From a virus (taxonomy: Duplodnaviria; Caudoviricetes), in the IMG/VR virus record IMGVR_UViG_3300025316_001101: a stretch of DNA of 64,000 bases; one strand, given 5' to 3'. Below are positions 63,705 to 64,000 of the stretch, in pieces (position 1 is the stretch's first letter; the number at the start of each line of letters is the position of its first letter). Position numbers and translations under genes: made by a program. A model generated the notes under the pieces. That model was given only the letters and a program-made list of their open reading frames with translations. It had not been told where the DNA came from and made no database searches.

Positions 63705-63873
63705 GCAGGTATTCGGGATTTTATCCCTATCGGATTTCCGCTCAAGTTGTGACACTAAGTATCATTCAACTTCCATGCAAGCGTCTTTCCTATTGCAAGG
63801 GGCTAATGGCTCATCCGCATGGGCAGTACCATTTTAGCCTAATCTTACAATTTGAAGATTGAACCTTACCTGC
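63705..63873 (-). ncRNA. candidate structured ncRNA, about 170 nt, multi-stem with possible pseudoknot
   Basis: Closing stem GCAGGUA/UACCUGC; hairpins AAUCUU/AAGAUU, GGCUAA..UGG/CCAUUAGCC, AAGUUG..UGAUAC/GUGUCA.CAACUU, CGG/CCG and GGGAU/AUCCC; TAAATA motif 5 nt upstream; terminator directly downstream. Confidence 0.6.
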
Positions 63874-63902
63874 TACTGTATTTACTCCTTTAATTTCAAA
63901 AA

Positions 63903-64000
63903 TTACGAAAGATCTGCCGCCTTCACAATTTGATCTATAGCTTCGCCCATTTCCATGTCCGCAGCCTGCTTAATTCTGAAATTGGTTTTATCCATTTCCT
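63903..64000 (-). CDS. 3' end of a gene entering from beyond the window
   Basis: Frame ...MDKTNFRIKQAADMEMGEAIDQIVKAADLS* is open to the window edge. Confidence 0.4.
   Translation of the reverse strand, partial: EMDKTNFRIKQAADMEMGEAIDQIVKAADLS

Noticed and set aside
63790-63825. Hammerhead ribozyme core (CGGAUGAG...GAAA) within the ncRNA candidate
   Set aside because: The CUGANGA consensus is broken and no stem II forms between the two motifs.
63640-63837. Plus-strand 65-aa ORF over the ncRNA candidate
   Set aside because: TTG start, no SD, runs antisense through a terminator, and has no recognisable features.
1-64000. Stop-codon reassignment (alternative genetic code)
   Set aside because: Conserved genes are full length under code 11, and both TAG and TGA end genes at tight junctions.

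Overview
This 64-kb window looks like part of a large lytic T4-like (jumbo/huge) phage genome, genetic code 11, mostly minus-strand. Phage core genes: gp32-like SSB, RecA/UvsX, gp4/TnsA-like head-completion nuclease, a short gp23-like capsid paralog, thyA, folA and a DnaE-type polymerase. Most interesting observations: (1) a prkA-yeaH-spoVR stress module followed by clpP, plus a phage tmRNA (tag ANTFAVAA), together suggesting a phage proteostasis/dormancy toolkit; (2) DnaE split into two genes about 10.6 kb apart with no intein, the break running through the active-site region and a degenerate duplicated segment left on the C-terminal gene; (3) a transposase-less IS200/IS605 element carrying an unannotated ribbon-helix-helix gene and an intact tnpB, sitting where the catalytic N-terminus of a GIY-YIG endonuclease gene should be; (4) a candidate stand-alone structured ncRNA of about 170 nt with its own promoter-like motif and terminator near the right end; (5) heptose/glycan and methyltransferase clusters, an RlmN-like radical SAM enzyme and nucleotide-pool enzymes; (6) genome-wide signals: a family of GC-rich terminator hairpins, leaderless TAnATA-N4-5-ATG starts, and capsid-targeting-like N-termini. 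Several secreted low-complexity proteins hint at a Planctomycetota host (inference). Family calls come from motif recognition by eye; no database searches were run. Many start codons were re-assigned from Shine-Dalgarno or promoter context.
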